A DNA stretch of 64,000 nt from assembly GCF_037042905.1 (NCBI RefSeq), contig NC_087245.1, positions 40,240,001 to 40,304,000 on the forward strand, in the 5' to 3' direction. Each line of letters opens with the position of its first letter. The stretch's first letter is position 1. This document shows, piece by piece, positions 1 through 13,752 of this stretch. Below the pieces are notes generated by a model, which saw only the letters and a list, made by a program, of their open reading frames with translations, had not been told where the DNA came from and made no database searches. This stretch comes from Lytechinus pictus. Its lineage: Eukaryota. Position numbers and translations under genes: made by a program.

Positions 1-3000
1 ATAATGTGTCATGTATTGTAATATTTTTTGCAATTCTATGAAGAATATCATTTATTTCTTTTGATCCAAGTAAACAGTAATTTCCAAGGGAATACTGTCT
101 GACGTTTTGATGTTGTATCTCTAAATCTTTTGAACCTGATGCCTTTTCATATTTAAAGAAAAACATGTTATCTGTACTGATTTTATTGTACAAACAAATC
201 ACTGTTGCCGATGTCTCAATAAGATGCACTGTGCATTTACTTTGAATTTTTAGCCAGAATTTTACAAATGTCTTGTAGATGCCATGTAGGTGTAAAATTG
301 TTTTTAACATCGCATACTAGATTCCTGTACAGATTGTGAAGATATTTTTGTATATCAACAAAGAATGTTTGAAAATGTGAAACCTACATAACTGTACCGG
401 TAGGTGTTGATGAATGGAATGCATATATATTTACACTAGCCGATTAATACAAGAAATGAATTTCATATTTTAACAGGAGGAATTGTTCTTCTTAATCGGA
501 AGAGGACTCCTTATTCATATTGTCAATAAATTCTTAACATGCCAGAAAAAGCGCAGCTGTGTGGGGCTTGTGTGTAATGAGGGGGCCCACTTGCAACTTT
601 GGCATTTTAAGAATTTATAGTATATCTGTACAGAAAAAAAAGGTTTTGCCATTATTTTTAGCTTGTACTTCCATATCATTGTATTGTTTTATCAGGTCTT
701 TTTTCACACACGTCTCACCGATAGATTACTCCATTTTAACTCATACACTTACCACATGTATTAGAGATCATTCTTGAGAGAATGGCGTAGTGTGAACCAT
801 TCCATTCAAGAAACAATCAATGCACAAAGATGTCGAAGTGTGGTTTACACCAGTGCATAACATCACATTTTCATAGTGCTCGTACCATGCATTTAGGATT
901 TTATAGGGGCATGAAATGTCACACTCACTTTCACCATCTAGGGTACTTAAAATGATGACAAAAAATGTTCTGTCTTCAAGATGCATTTGGATACCCTATA
1001 GACGGATTGAGTATCATAATTTACAGTATTCAATAAGAAACATTGATCAAGCATTTCAAATGTTCAATCAATAATTAAAATACTCCATACCATACTATTT
1101 GATGTTATGAATAGATATGTTGAACATAGTATAAGCTTTGATCATGATATTTACATTTACAGTGCTTGCCTTTTTACAGCCAGATTTTACCCCATAATGA
1201 TAATAACATTATTAGGAAAAAAATAGAATTAACAAGGGCCTATATAAAAAATGGTTCAATGTAAACTGCTCTATTCATTTTCTTTTTAACTTGCATATTT
1301 ATGATAAAACAGGTAACATTTAAGATCTCCAAATTATTCTAGCAAATGAAAGGCATAACCTTATATTATGAGAGAACTGTAATATGTATTTTGTGTTGTA
1401 CAGTGTATAATTTGGATGTGTATATCCTTTTGCTATTGTTTTTTTTTACTTGCCAATCCAGTCATCTAAAAAAAAACTGTGCCCTACATCAGCAGTCAAT
1501 TTTTAAATCAAATTTTCTTTTTTACTCTCTCTCTCTCTCTCTACCCCCCCCCCCTCATATTAAAAAGCGCTTGCATAATCTATCATCACTTATATTTTGC
1601 ACCTGAATTTAAAGTTACACAATTTTATTTTTATTTACAATTCTATTACCCCTTATACTCTGAATTCATTTTTTAAAGTAAATAAACATTTCCTTTTGAT
1701 ATCTTTACCTGCTGTAAAATCCTACAATATATTTCTCTCTCTCTCTCTCTCTCTGTAGATTTATTATCGTAATATCCCTCTTTCCATATCTTTCTTGTAT
1801 TCTCATGATATGTACATTTGTAGACCATTATGGTGCTCGTGTAGTATATTCCTTTTCATTTATTTTTACTTTGTGCTTTTTATGATTTCTATTATTTTTG
1901 TTTCCATTTTCCCAATACCCCCTCCTCCAATGATAATACCCAAATCATCTTTTGTGTTGTAATTGATATTGTATTAACCTCTTATACAGTTTCTTAACAA
2001 ATAGTTTCAACTTATTTATATTATTTTGTATTATACGTTGCCTGAGATTACAACTTCTCGCCGTGTTTTACTTGGAACGGAGAATGTAATATATTGATGT
2101 ATGATATTCCATTTGTTGTGTACCTCTGAACAAGAGCTTGATCTGTTATTATGCAAGATAATTTATGTTCATTTAATGCCAGTATACTTGTTTTAACTGG
2201 ATTCCCAGATTAATGGGGGTTTTTATATTACATATATGAGATTTATGACCTAAAGGCACTACTTGGCATTCCTATGTTTATTACATTCTAATAGATCACA
2301 TGATTAATGTTAAGCGTAGAACGCCTGAACCTAATGGACAAATCACATTTATCACCCACAATCAATATCACTAAGTTATGCGCTATTTCAGTTATGAATT
2401 TGTCTATTTTTAGATTTTATTTTGGAGCAGTAATATTTTCCGTGGCTTATTTTGCCAAGCTTTATACAGCTTCATCGCATTTCAATTTTTTTAATATTTT
2501 CATTCAAGCAAGCTGCCGATCACTTTCATATCGATTTCCCCATCTTCTCTCCAGACATTTGTTTTGAAGGACCACACTCTCATTCTCTCCTCGTTCCTGG
2601 AAAGACGTTTTAGTGATCGAATAAACATTGGAAATTTAAGTTATAGCCAGAGTATATATTAGATTAGGACATTGTTTTATGTACACATGTAATTTGCACT
2701 TGTATTTATTAGCCCAACCGCTATTGTTTTATATTTACATTTAGTATGTGAACACCAGAGAAGCATTTTGAATATTATGAATGGAGTATTTTAACATTGT
2801 TGTGATAATAGTGTTCCATACTTACAAAGAGAGTTCTAACAGGCGACGGAGGGGAATATGAACCTCCTGCGTGTGCCGATATTTTGTATTTTATTCTGAA
2901 AATGCAAAATCTGTGAAGTATTAAATATGAAATATTACCAAATTCTTGGCTCGAGTTTTGTCTCATTGGTCACGTTGGGTAATGGGTTATACTGCAAGTT

Positions 3001-3158
3001 GGCGAGTGTAATAGTGGAGGGCTGTGAAATCGAATGAAAAAGGAGTCGTTGTGGGACGATTTTAAACAAATATCTTAGGCTAGAATTTCAATCAAAATCG
3101 CTAAACACAGTTATTTTAAAAGTGTTCAATCACATGGTTATTCCCTCTTCTTTTTTAA

Positions 3159-4112
3159 AGGTCAAGTTCAACCCAGAATAATGCTGATTTGAATAAATAG
3201 AGAAAAAATCAAACTAGCATAACGCTGAAAATTTCATCAAAATCGGATGTAAAATAAGAAAGTTATGATATTTTAAAATTTCACTTAGATAGATAACTGG
3301 TTTATTGATAAAAAACATCATTGCGACAAAGTCGAATTGCGATGAGTTTACAGAGGTACAGAGCCATTATATAAACATCATAATACAAAAAAAGTAAATT
3401 GAAATATTAGTTTAAAAATATATCACATAATCATATATTCGTAATTTCATAAAAAGGGAATACATTTTAAACACAATTTAGAAGTATAATACGAGTTCAG
3501 TTTTTTTTTTAAATATATGAATTCAGAAAAGGATAACAAAGTATATGCATGTAGATGGAGGAGAAAAGTAGGTGAAGGAAAGGAGGGAGAAGATAATGAA
3601 GTTGAGAAGAGAAATAAGAGAAAAAGGGAAAAGGATACAAAAGAAAAAGAAAAAAAAGTTATATATGCACAACTCAGTGACATGCAGGCGAGACAGTCGA
3701 TGATGTCCATCACTCACTTTTTCTTTTTTTATTGTTTGAATTATACAATATTTCATTTTTTACAGATTTGAAAAAGAGGGCCAACTTGACTGAACTACAC
3801 AATGTTAAACAATGGTAATTCCACATGTTCAGGGCAAAATAAAACTTGGTTTCACAGGACAATGAGGAGAAAATTAGAATATATCATATTTAATTTAATA
3901 AAATACAACAGAAATAGTGAGTGATGTCATCAGTTCCCTCATTTGCATAATGACCGGGTTGTGCATGTAACTATTTTGTGAGATTAAGCAAAATTTAAAA
4001 ATGTCATAACTTTCTTATTTTGCATCCGATTTTGATGAAATTTTTAGTGTTTTGCTAGTTTGAATTTTCTCTATTTATTCAAATCAACATTTTTCTGGGG
4101 TGGACTTGACCT
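3159..4112. mobile_element. Kolobok/T2-type MITE with an extra internal segment (~3290-3660)
   Basis: TTAA|AGGTCAAG...CTTGACCT|TTAA; TTAA on both sides; ~130-bp imperfect TIRs; body resembles the copies at 9686 and 63428. Confidence 0.85.
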
Positions 4113-4240
4113 TTAAAGTCGCTCTTAATTAACTTACCCAAAGCTTTATGAAAAGCCCGTATGTTTCTAACCCATATTGCAACATTCTGAGCAGTGTAAT
4201 CTTTATACATATATAGCCAATAGGACCACCCCTTCTCACG

Positions 4241-4536
4241 AATAATGATAATAATAATAATAATAGGCATTTGTATAGCGCCATCTATCTAGAAACATTC
4301 TATTCCGAGGCGCGTTGTTATTATTATTATTACCCCGGCTTTAGCTCGAGCTGCCTTTCAGCGCTCATGCATTCAAGGAATTAATCCTGCCGGGTACCCA
4401 TTCACCTCACCTGGGTCGAGTGCAGCACAATGTGGATGATTTTCTTGCTGAAGGAAATTACGCCATGGCTGGGATTCGAACCCACGACCCTCTGTTTCAA
4501 AGTCAGAAGACTTATCCACTGGGCCACAACGCTCCA
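4241..4536 (-). mobile_element. tRNA-derived SINE, tail type 1
   Basis: Minus-strand head TGGAGCGTTGTGGCCCAGTGG (A box) ... GGTTCGAATCC (B box); core shared with 5 other copies; (ATT)n tail. Confidence 0.9.
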
Positions 4537-4860
4537 TGATCACACCAATCCACTCATTAATTCAATTCAATATTGCTGGTATGATCATGCTGACCTCAGT
4601 AGCCTTTTTCTTTTATTTACCCGGCGAAAATATATAAGCACAACATTAAAGGAACCCTCTGACTCTTTATTTAAAAATACTACTGTATTTCAGGTTTGAG
4701 CAAGATGGGCAAGATGATTAAAGTTTGTTCTTGCTCTCTTTATTGTTTGATGCACTCATCATCCGAGTCCATTTTACTAAACTTTCTTATCACTCTGATC
4801 TAGTATAGGCTGGTATTTTCTGGATAAATTGGGGTGGCTTCCAATGAGCCCGCCTTTCCA

Positions 4861-5066
4861 ATAAATCCAGATCGACTGTGAATCTACTGACCAGCCGAAT
4901 ATTAGATTTAAACTTTGTTGATTTAAATATTAATCTAAAACTTTTGAATTTAAATCTTTTGAGATTTAAAAGTTAATCCTTAAGATTTAAAATAAATTCA
5001 ATATTCGGCTAGCCACTATTCACATCCGATCTGGATTTATTTTAAATCCTTGGAATTTAGAGTGTA
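4861..5066. mobile_element. Palindromic MITE remnant
   Basis: ATAAATCCAGATCG...TGTGAAT at 4861 is inverted at 5018-5040; right end ...GAGTGTA; left end missing. Confidence 0.55.
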
Positions 5067-5312
5067 TACTTTTCAACAGCATTTTCATTTGCCTCAACGG
5101 CACATTCCTACAATCAGAAAAAGTTTGTAACTTCTTAAACCCGGGCTATTGTTTGGTTTTTTCATCAATTCAAACTTTTAACAAAATATGCTTTCATCTT
5201 TTTATTATTATGCCTAGATTTATGGGATCTGATAATCCCCTATCACAATGGTATCCCAATCTCATTATAGTTTACTATTTTAATCTGTCATTCTTGACGA
5301 AAATAAATATAT

Positions 5313-6091
5313 GAAGAGCTTGATTCCAAAAGGGGCTAAATCCACTTTTGACCAAAATTGATTTTTTTAAAATAGAAATATATGTATCTTAGACGTGGGA
5401 ATCAAATGCAACATATCGCATTTGGAAAAAAATTTGAAAGGTTGGTAAAAAATGATTGCAAATTTGAGTTTTGTTCCAAAAGGAGCTAAATCCAAAACAG
5501 TTTTGTTCCAAAAAGAGCTAAATCCACTGTATGGTTATCTTTCCTATTTTACATTAAGTTATGCATTCAATTTTTAGGTACATGTTGTGGATACAAGTTC
5601 GCACCATCAGTGCAAATTTTGGTGAAAATAACAGTTTTACAATTTTTTTTTGAATATTTTTGGATTTAGCTCCTTTTATATCGAAAAGTTACCGTCCTTA
5701 GAAAAGATGACAAAATATCGTTTTTTTATTTTTGTAATTTTCAGTGGACAAACATCGGGAAAGATGTGGAATGTACTCTGCTAGCCATATTCACGTGTTT
5801 CGTGTTCAATTTCCAATATCAAACATGTTTAAATTGGCTAAAATTGACATTCTACTCAGTTTTGTTCCAAAAGGAGCTAAATCCATGAAAAATAAAATTT
5901 CCAAAATTGTTTAAAAATTGATAATGAATGCTAGATTTTTGAAATCGATATTTAATTATTCTAAGATGATAGTACTATCGTATATATCAAAATAAAGCAG
6001 CAGTGGCTAAGGAAAAGTGGTGAATTAAAAAACCTCGATTTACAGAAAAACACCAAAAGTGGATCTAGCGCCTGTTGGAACAAAATTCTTC
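5313..6091. mobile_element. MITE with ATAT target duplication (possibly Sola-like)
   Basis: ATAT|GAAGAG...TTCTTC|ATAT; ~38-bp TIRs; internal repeats of TTTTGTTCCAAAAGGAGCTAAATCCA. Confidence 0.8.
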
Positions 6092-6163
6092 ATATGGTCA
6101 AGGAGTATGGTTGTGATTATTTTTAACGTGAATGACTTGTTTTCTTTCCTTCATAACATTTTC

Positions 6164-6364
6164 CGGTGACACGACATTTGCTCCTGCGACAATTGCTCCG
6201 GGCTTTATTTCGTCTAAGATATATAGGGTTAGGGTTGCAATAGGGCTTTATTTCAGGTTTAGGTTTAGGATAGGGTTTAGTGTTAGGGTTGAAGTTAGTA
6301 ATTCCATTAGTTTTTTGGAATTTACAGCAGAACAATTGTCGCCGGAGCAATTGTCATGGAACCG
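6164..6364. mobile_element. 201-bp MITE with internal TTAGGG-like repeats
   Basis: CGGT...GACATTTGCTCC TIR inverted at the right end; CATTTTC duplicated on both flanks (6157-6163, 6365-6371). Confidence 0.8.
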
Positions 6365-6435
6365 CATTTTCCTATCTCCTAAACAAAAAATATTAACCAA
6401 AAAGCCGATGTCACAGTCTTCTAACGGATTGCCGT

Positions 6436-8634
6436 AATTCAATTCAATTCAATTCATTTATTCAATTCATTTATTTCACTCGATAAAAATAACATACATA
6501 CAGGTAAATAAGAATTACATAATGGCAAGAACAAAACAAAATAACAAAAGTTATAATACAGTAAATAGTGTACAGAGCAGGCTTCGAGTGTGGACTGGCA
6601 TTAAAGATCTGTTAGATCTTAGAAGTTCCAGCCCAGTAAAGAAAGAAAAAGAAGGGATACAAAATAGAACATACAAAGACAAAATAATACAAGGGAAAAC
6701 AAACATTCATAAAGTTAAAATGAAGTGTTTGCCTTTCGAGGAAAATGATAGAAAAAAGGTAAAGGACTAGCGTATGTGGAGGGTCACAGAAAATCGACAG
6801 GTGAAATTAGGGAGAATAAGTGTAGGAGAAAGGCAAACACAGAAATTATAGTCATGTTACAATTACTTAGTTATTGGATGCGAACGTTGTTAACAGAATT
6901 TCTTTGTACTGACGTTGAAAACTATTAATGGATAAACTATTTTTAAGGGTAGGGGGGGGGAGAGAGTTCCATAATTTGGGACCTGAATACATTATAGTTT
7001 TTTGGGTAAAAGTAGTACGGACGGAGGGCATGTGAAAATCAAATTGTCTACGAGTTTGGTGAGAGTGGGTAGCAATATTAAGACAAAAATATCTGCACTG
7101 TCAAATCCAGGACTAATTCCATTCTTTAGTTTGCTGGTTATGTCAATTATTTCAGAGTATTTAATTGGAGTACAAAATATAGAATATGGGTTCTTTGGTA
7201 GAGGAGGGCAATAATTATGATCAGTTGATCCTATGTTTTCTGATATTAAAAGAGGAGCCACATTAATAAAATAGTCATTGAATTGAGTTGCAACCTCTGC
7301 ATCTTCAAGGGTGATTCCATTATTTTCAAAAGTTGTATGATTTGACCTTTTAGTTTTACCCAACATATTATTCAATATTTTCCATGTTTTAGATGAGTTA
7401 CCTTTGGTGTCTTTGAAAAGCTGATCATAGTATTTTTTCTTTGTTTTGCGTAGTTCTTTAGTAAAAATGTTTCTCAAAGACCTATATTTCTCTCTATTGC
7501 TATCGGAAGGGTTTTTAAGGTAGTTACGATACAATTTTAGTTTCTTCTTTGACAGGCATTTTAAATGTTTATTGAACCAAGGTTTATTTGAAGAGCTTTT
7601 ATGTTTAGCAGATATAATAGGAAAACATTAATTGTATAATTTAAGGAATATTGATAGAAATCTATCATAACTACTATTTGGATCATCATCATTAATAGGC
7701 CAGTTGACGGAAGAGAGTTTATGGTAAAAGGTTGCAATGGAAGTGTCTGAAATGGACCGTTTAGAATAAGCATTGCTAAGACTATCTATTGAGGAAGGGA
7801 TTTCAGTGATGATAAAAACAGGTAAGTGTTCACTTACATCGGAAACAAACACTCCATTCATTAAGTTATTTTCATCATTCGTTAATATATTGTCTATAGG
7901 AGGGTTGCAGTGTGACCAGTAATACGTGTGGGTACAGTTATTAGCGGCGTTAAAGAATTGGTATTAATACAATCAGAGAAGTTCTTGGTGGTTTGAGAAG
8001 CATTCATATCATTGAGATCTATGTTGTAATCACCAAGCAAATAACATTTTTTGTGCTCGTTATTGACAATACTCAGAATACAATTCATTTTACAAATAAA
8101 ATCATCTACATTTCCTGAGGGAGGTCTATAAATTATACCAATAATATACCAAGAGCGTGAGTTATTGTTTGGTTTAACCTCTATAAATATGGTTTCTAGA
8201 GATTCAAACATGTACGTTAAGTCTGGTCTCTGTTTATATGCTAGAGATTTATTAATATATACTGCAACTCCACCTCCCTGTTTACATATTCGATTATTCG
8301 TTAACATATCATAATTCTCCAAGTAATAAAGAGGTATATGTGAATTAGGTTTGAGCCATGTCTCAGAAAGGCCAATGATTGTAAATTCAAGGTCAATACT
8401 ATTGAGAAATACTAATAAGTTTTCAAAGTTCTTTGGAACACTCCGACAATTAACGTGTAAAAGAGAAAACATATTCTTAGGATCTTCATTTTTAAGGATA
8501 TTACAATTATTAAACTGGTTTGGAGTATAGTAACAAGATTCAGAGGAATTGTTGCTGTCGTCAGCATACTGTAAATGTAACATTGTGTCAGTATCAATAG
8601 GTAAGGGATTTACAAACATTTTACAAATAAACAC
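6436..8634 (-). mobile_element. Decayed CR1/L2-group LINE: APE endonuclease, tether, C-terminus and 3' UTR; RT domain deleted
   Basis: ORF 7894-8634 has APE motifs (HVNCRS, GLSETW, GGGVAVY, YRPP, GDYN, PTR); frameshifted SEHLPV; tether ORF 6992-7534; C-terminal HSHQTRR...GPKLWNSL; (TGAAT)n tail at 6436-6475. Confidence 0.9.
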
Positions 8635-9685
8635 TTAGAATAGAAAAGTTGAAATGAACAAAATGCTTAAAACTAGCAAACGGTATACTATGCAAATTTG
8701 AACCAAGAGGTGACAAAATATGAGTAAAACAGGCAAATTTCGTAGTAGTACACAAATTAGGATGTAAAAAGTAAAAAGACAATGTAATAGAACAGAATAC
8801 AAAAACTGAAGAGATTGATAACAAATGTTTCGATGATAACTGTGAGTTGCAGTGTAAGTCACTGGCCTGGAAGTCATTTCACTTTATATTATAAAGTGAG
8901 TGTTCATGCTATGGTGAAAAGAGTAGAAGGATTATCATCCTTTAAGGCAAAATTATTCATATAAGTTTGACAAGGTCTTCCTTGTTAGTATGGACATGTT
9001 TGCCACACAGGGGCCGATCCCGCTCTCACCATTAGGGGGGGGGGGGTCGAGGGATTGAGAAACAAAAATCAGCCACATTTTCCTCGATAAACCTCTAAAA
9101 GTTTTTTTTTCTTGTCTTTAAGGGGCGGTCATAACTAAAGACTGAAGTTTTAAGTACATCTTAGTCTTGTTCTTACAGACAAGACAATGTTTGAAGAGAC
9201 AGGGTAAAATCGGATGTACAAAATATTGAAAGTTTCATCAAAATCGGAAAAGGGATATGAAAGATATGACATTTTAAAATTTTATGTCATTTCAGTGAAA
9301 CAGTTCTATATATGTGTAACTTCATGAAAAAGCATTTAACAAGCAAATGATGTCATATCCCCTCTTATTCTTTTGTATCTAATTACATGAAATTATAGTT
9401 ATTCGAATTTTGTCCACCGAGAATGAAAAGATTGGATTGACAACTAAATTAATGTGTAAGATAATTATTGTTGCATCTTCTTTTATAGAAGCAAAATATA
9501 TCACACAAGCATTGTGAAAACATGAAATAATCATGATTTCATGTAGATAACATAAGAAGAATGAAAGTGAGGATTTGACATCGTCAGTCCACCTAATGAA
9601 TATTCATGACGACGTGCATTCCTGTTAATCTGTTTTTCTTTATTTACTTATATAAATGTATTTTCGGAACGGCGTACCCATTTAA

Positions 9686-10257
9686 AGGACAAATCCACTA
9701 CAGCAAAAAGAAAATAGATTTGAATAAAAAGAGAAAAATCCAACATGTATAACTCTGAAAATTTCATCAAAATCGGATGTGAGGTAAGAAAGTTATGACT
9801 TTTTAAAATTTCGCTTAATTTCACAAATCAATTAAATATATCTTCACATACCGATCGGCATGCAAACAAGGGAACTGATGACCCACTCGCTATTTCTTTT
9901 TTATTTTATTATGTGAAATATGAAATATTTCCATTTTCTCCTCATTTTCATGTGAAGCAATTTTCATTCTTCCCAGAACATGTTGAATAACATGTTTTTA
10001 ACATTTCGCAGTTCTTTCTAGTTGGTCATTATAGTCAAATCTGTAAAAAAATAAAATGTTTTATAATTGAAACAATAATAAAAAATAGTGACAGAGACAT
10101 CTCTCATTTGCATATCACTTAGCTGTGCATGTTAGTAACAGTTTTGTGGAAAAATTTAAATTTTAGAATATCGTCATAACTTTCTTATTTTACATCCGAT
10201 TTCGATGAATTTTTTTCTGCGTTATTCTTGTTTGATTATTCTATATTGATTCAAATC
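9686..10257. mobile_element. Kolobok/T2-type MITE, right terminus lost
   Basis: TTAA|AGGACAAATCCAC start; colinear with the copy at 63428. Confidence 0.8.
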
Positions 10258-10288
10258 TAAAAAGGGAAATACAAAAAGAGCAAAAGAA

Positions 10289-10550
10289 GAATTCACAAAG
10301 GTGGACTAAAGTTATATCCGGGGTATAAAACGCGTCATTTGACGTCATTTTAATCCATGGACTAAAGTTAGCACCGGGTTAACTCAGCCATGTGTTAAAT
10401 TTAACCCCGGGTGCTAAAGTTAGTCCATGTATTAGTTTAGTCCACCGTTTGTGAATAGCGCGGTGGACTAACTTTATACCCGGGTATTTAGTTAACCCAT
10501 GGCTAAAGTTAACCCCGTATAACTTTAGTCCACCTTTGCGAATTCGGGCC
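10289..10550. mobile_element. Palindromic PIF/Harbinger-like MITE, left end clipped
   Basis: GAATTCACAAAGGTGGACTAAAGTTATA inverted at 10518-10545; ends ...GAATTCGGGCC; internal GGACTAAAGTTA repeats. Confidence 0.7.
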
Positions 10551-11097
10551 AATATGATCAAGTAAGTTCTACATCATTATTATTTAGAATACATTAAAAT
10601 TTTTGTGGGACACGCTGTATAAAAATTGTTTGATGTGTTTATTTATTTATTTGTTTTTACAGGAAGTGCAGTGCAGAGGCTAGACGTTTCTAACTTCAAT
10701 CTATGCTATTGGTTGAACGAAAACACCGGTCACTGGCTGTCAGCACAGTCCAATCAGGGAGGAGGGATTTCAGTTAGATGCACTTTAGTTTCTCTTTTAG
10801 TTTCTCTTTGCATGAATCGTTAGTACAGTTGGAGAATGTCCGATTGTCAGGTCAGCATGTGCAATCTCCATACGAGTAATAACCTCAGATTATAATTATA
10901 TCTTGTTTTGTTTTACGTATGCGACAGGAATACACACTATTGTTTTAAAATGAATAGCGATTAAATAAAGAATTGCACAGGTGTCACACTTTTCATTTGG
11001 ATTTATGAGATGTACTGCTTTTGATCATCAATGCAAGTAAGTTATTTGGTGAATAATTTAAAGAAGCTGAACTAAAAGTTTTGGGTCTGTTTTTTTA

Positions 11098-11532
11098 AAG
11101 CCCCCATCACACTTATTCGGAATCAGCAGGAATCAAGCAGAAGCTGGAACGAAACAAATATTTTAAAAGTCTAGACATTTTTGGGAGGAACTTATGAATT
11201 CACCAAACTGGAGTTGAAATTCAGTAAATTGACCAGGTGAATCACCATACACTAGTCAAAATGAACCGCAATGGAGTCAGATTGATAATTCGTTCTACAT
11301 TCTTGGACATTCTTGGCGCATTCTAAATATTCTGACTGCATTCTGAGTGCATTCGAAATATTTCTGTCATTTCTTTTGGCCGTCCCGAAGGTTTTGGTCA
11401 TGTTCTAAACATTCGAGGGGTATTTTCGAAATGTGTTCGAAGTACATTTAAATGACAAACTGGTGGTCGAACAATAGTCCTTTCATTCCGGCCAATTCTG
11501 CTTGATTCGGAATAAGTGTTATATAGGGGCTT
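11098..11532. mobile_element. MITE (PIF/Harbinger-like)
   Basis: AAGCCCC..CACACTTATTCGGAATCAGCAG inverted at 11495-11532. Confidence 0.7.
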
Positions 11533-12869
11533 ATAATGCAATAATAGATAATGTGGCCATTCCCCTTGCAGATTACACATCAAAGCAAGGGCAGTTTCAA
11601 TTATTTCTATCTGGACTCATTTATCAATTTATTTATATCAATATTCGAATGATAAATATTGAAGTTTAGAAGTTGGTCCCTATATTGTACTTTATCACAT
11701 CGTATTTGTAATTTATATTACTGTTTTTGACTTGTAATAACTCCATTGGTTTGGCTTATCAGATAAGTGGCTAAGTGTCAGATTCTTCTCCAAAAGTGCA
11801 ATTTCTGCAATTAAAGGAAATGTCTATATACTTCCTCTGAAATACAATAAAAACGGAATTTCTACTTTTCCAGACAAGGTGCTTTTCAGCTTTTCACAGA
11901 CTTGGGAATAAAGTAGGTGTCAACATCTAATTTTTGCATCGTTTTCGTAGGGTTTCTCGTCTCTTATAAGTTAATATGGTATACTACTGAGGGGACTGAT
12001 GACGTCACTCACTATTTATTTTGTATTTTATTACATGGTATATGAAATATTATAATTTTCTCCTCATTGTCCTTTATAAAAAGTTTTATTCCTCAAAGAA
12101 CACGTGGAATTACTATTGTGTTCACATATCATTGGGGAGGTGACATTGTTTAGGATACCGTGTTTTATAAGTTACATTACGTTTGCAGATAATAGGTCTC
12201 AAATAGGCTTGGGCTAAATCGTTTTGTATAATGTATATTGAAAGCAAGAACACTATACTGATATTTGATACGTTCCTCCACTGTATGCCATAGTGAGTGT
12301 AGACAACAATTCATGTTGGGGAGTTAGATAGTCCTTATTAAAAATCATTCGGGCATATTTATTCTGCAGTTTTTGTATCTTATTTTTTTTGGTTTTTGCA
12401 CAGCTTCCCCGAGATATACAGCAATATAATGATCAATGTAAGGTAAAATCATTGCAAAATGTAAATTCTTAAGAATCCTAGGCGGAAGGAATTGTTTGAT
12501 CCCGGTGTTTGATTCTCTTTATACAACCTATCATACTACGAGATATTTTAACAATGGTATTAGATACATGTTCTCACCACGTCATACCAGAGTCAAGTGT
12601 TACACCCAAGAATTTGATTATATTTACATTTTATATGGGTTCATTTCTATATTTTATCATTAAAGCATAATTTTTAATCTTTTCCTATGACCAAAAGCCA
12701 TGACTGTTGTCTTTATTGGATGCCAATGCATACCATTAAGGTTGAGCCAGTTACAGATAACATCAAAATCACTTTGCAGATCTTTTTAACCTCCGACAGA
12801 AAAGAGCAGTATCATCTGCATTGTCACATGGAAATAATCAAAATCCTCAGCCAAACTTGTGCCATTTAA

Positions 12870-13471
12870 AGGGGAATCCAGCCTTGCCCGTAAAATGTTG
12901 TGTTGGGAAGGAGAAAAATAAATTAAACAGAATGGTGAAAGTTTGAAAGAAATCGAACAAGCAATAAGAAAGTTATAGCTGCTTTAAAATTGAGATCACT
13001 AATACTATGTAGATTTCAAATTGGCAACTGGGTAAGTAAATTATGACAAAGGGCAAGGACAACTTTCCCATAGGCCATGTACTTTATTATCAGGGATTTG
13101 TGGTTTTCTCCTAAGTATAAATTCCCCTGGGGCAGTAATCTAAATTATAACCCAGGTAGTATATCGTTTTATGTCCTCATGAAAGAAAAATATAATTTGA
13201 AATAAAACTTTTGGGAAAAATGACATTTTAGCCATAATATGTATTGGAGTACATGGAAGAGTAGTCCTTGCCTTACATCACTATGACATCCCATACTATG
13301 GTGCGGCCAATTTGAAGTCTCCATGGGTATAGTGATTACCAATATTTACAACTTTTAAAAATTCATAACTTTCTTGTTCTTTGTCCAATATTGTTCAAAC
13401 TTTCACCTATCAATTTGTCTGATTTTTCTTTTCCTTATAAAAACAAGTTTTTATTTGGGTTGGATTCCCCT
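12870..13471. mobile_element. Complete Kolobok/T2-type MITE, second family
   Basis: TTAA|AGGGGAATCCA...TGGATTCCCCT|TTAA. Confidence 0.9.
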
Positions 13472-13752
13472 TTAATATCAAACTATTTACAATTTTTTTC
13501 AGTGGAATTTGATTTGTTTACAAAATTAGAAAAAAAATTCCTTTCCAATGAAAACCATGAGAAAACAAAATATATTGTAAATTCTAACAACACTATTACT
13601 CGTTCCAACTTCAAATTAATCTTGTCTCGAGACACCCAAAATAAATATAATTCTTGACAACTGAATGATCCTTTGACCAGCCTATGTCAATGTCTCATTT
13701 TTCTCTTTCCACTACATTAACAAATCTAGGTTTGTTTTTCCATATATTACTT

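Noticed and set aside
10660..10760. CAGGAAGT plus two CCAAT boxes as a promoter
   Set aside because: No associated exon or gene could be identified nearby
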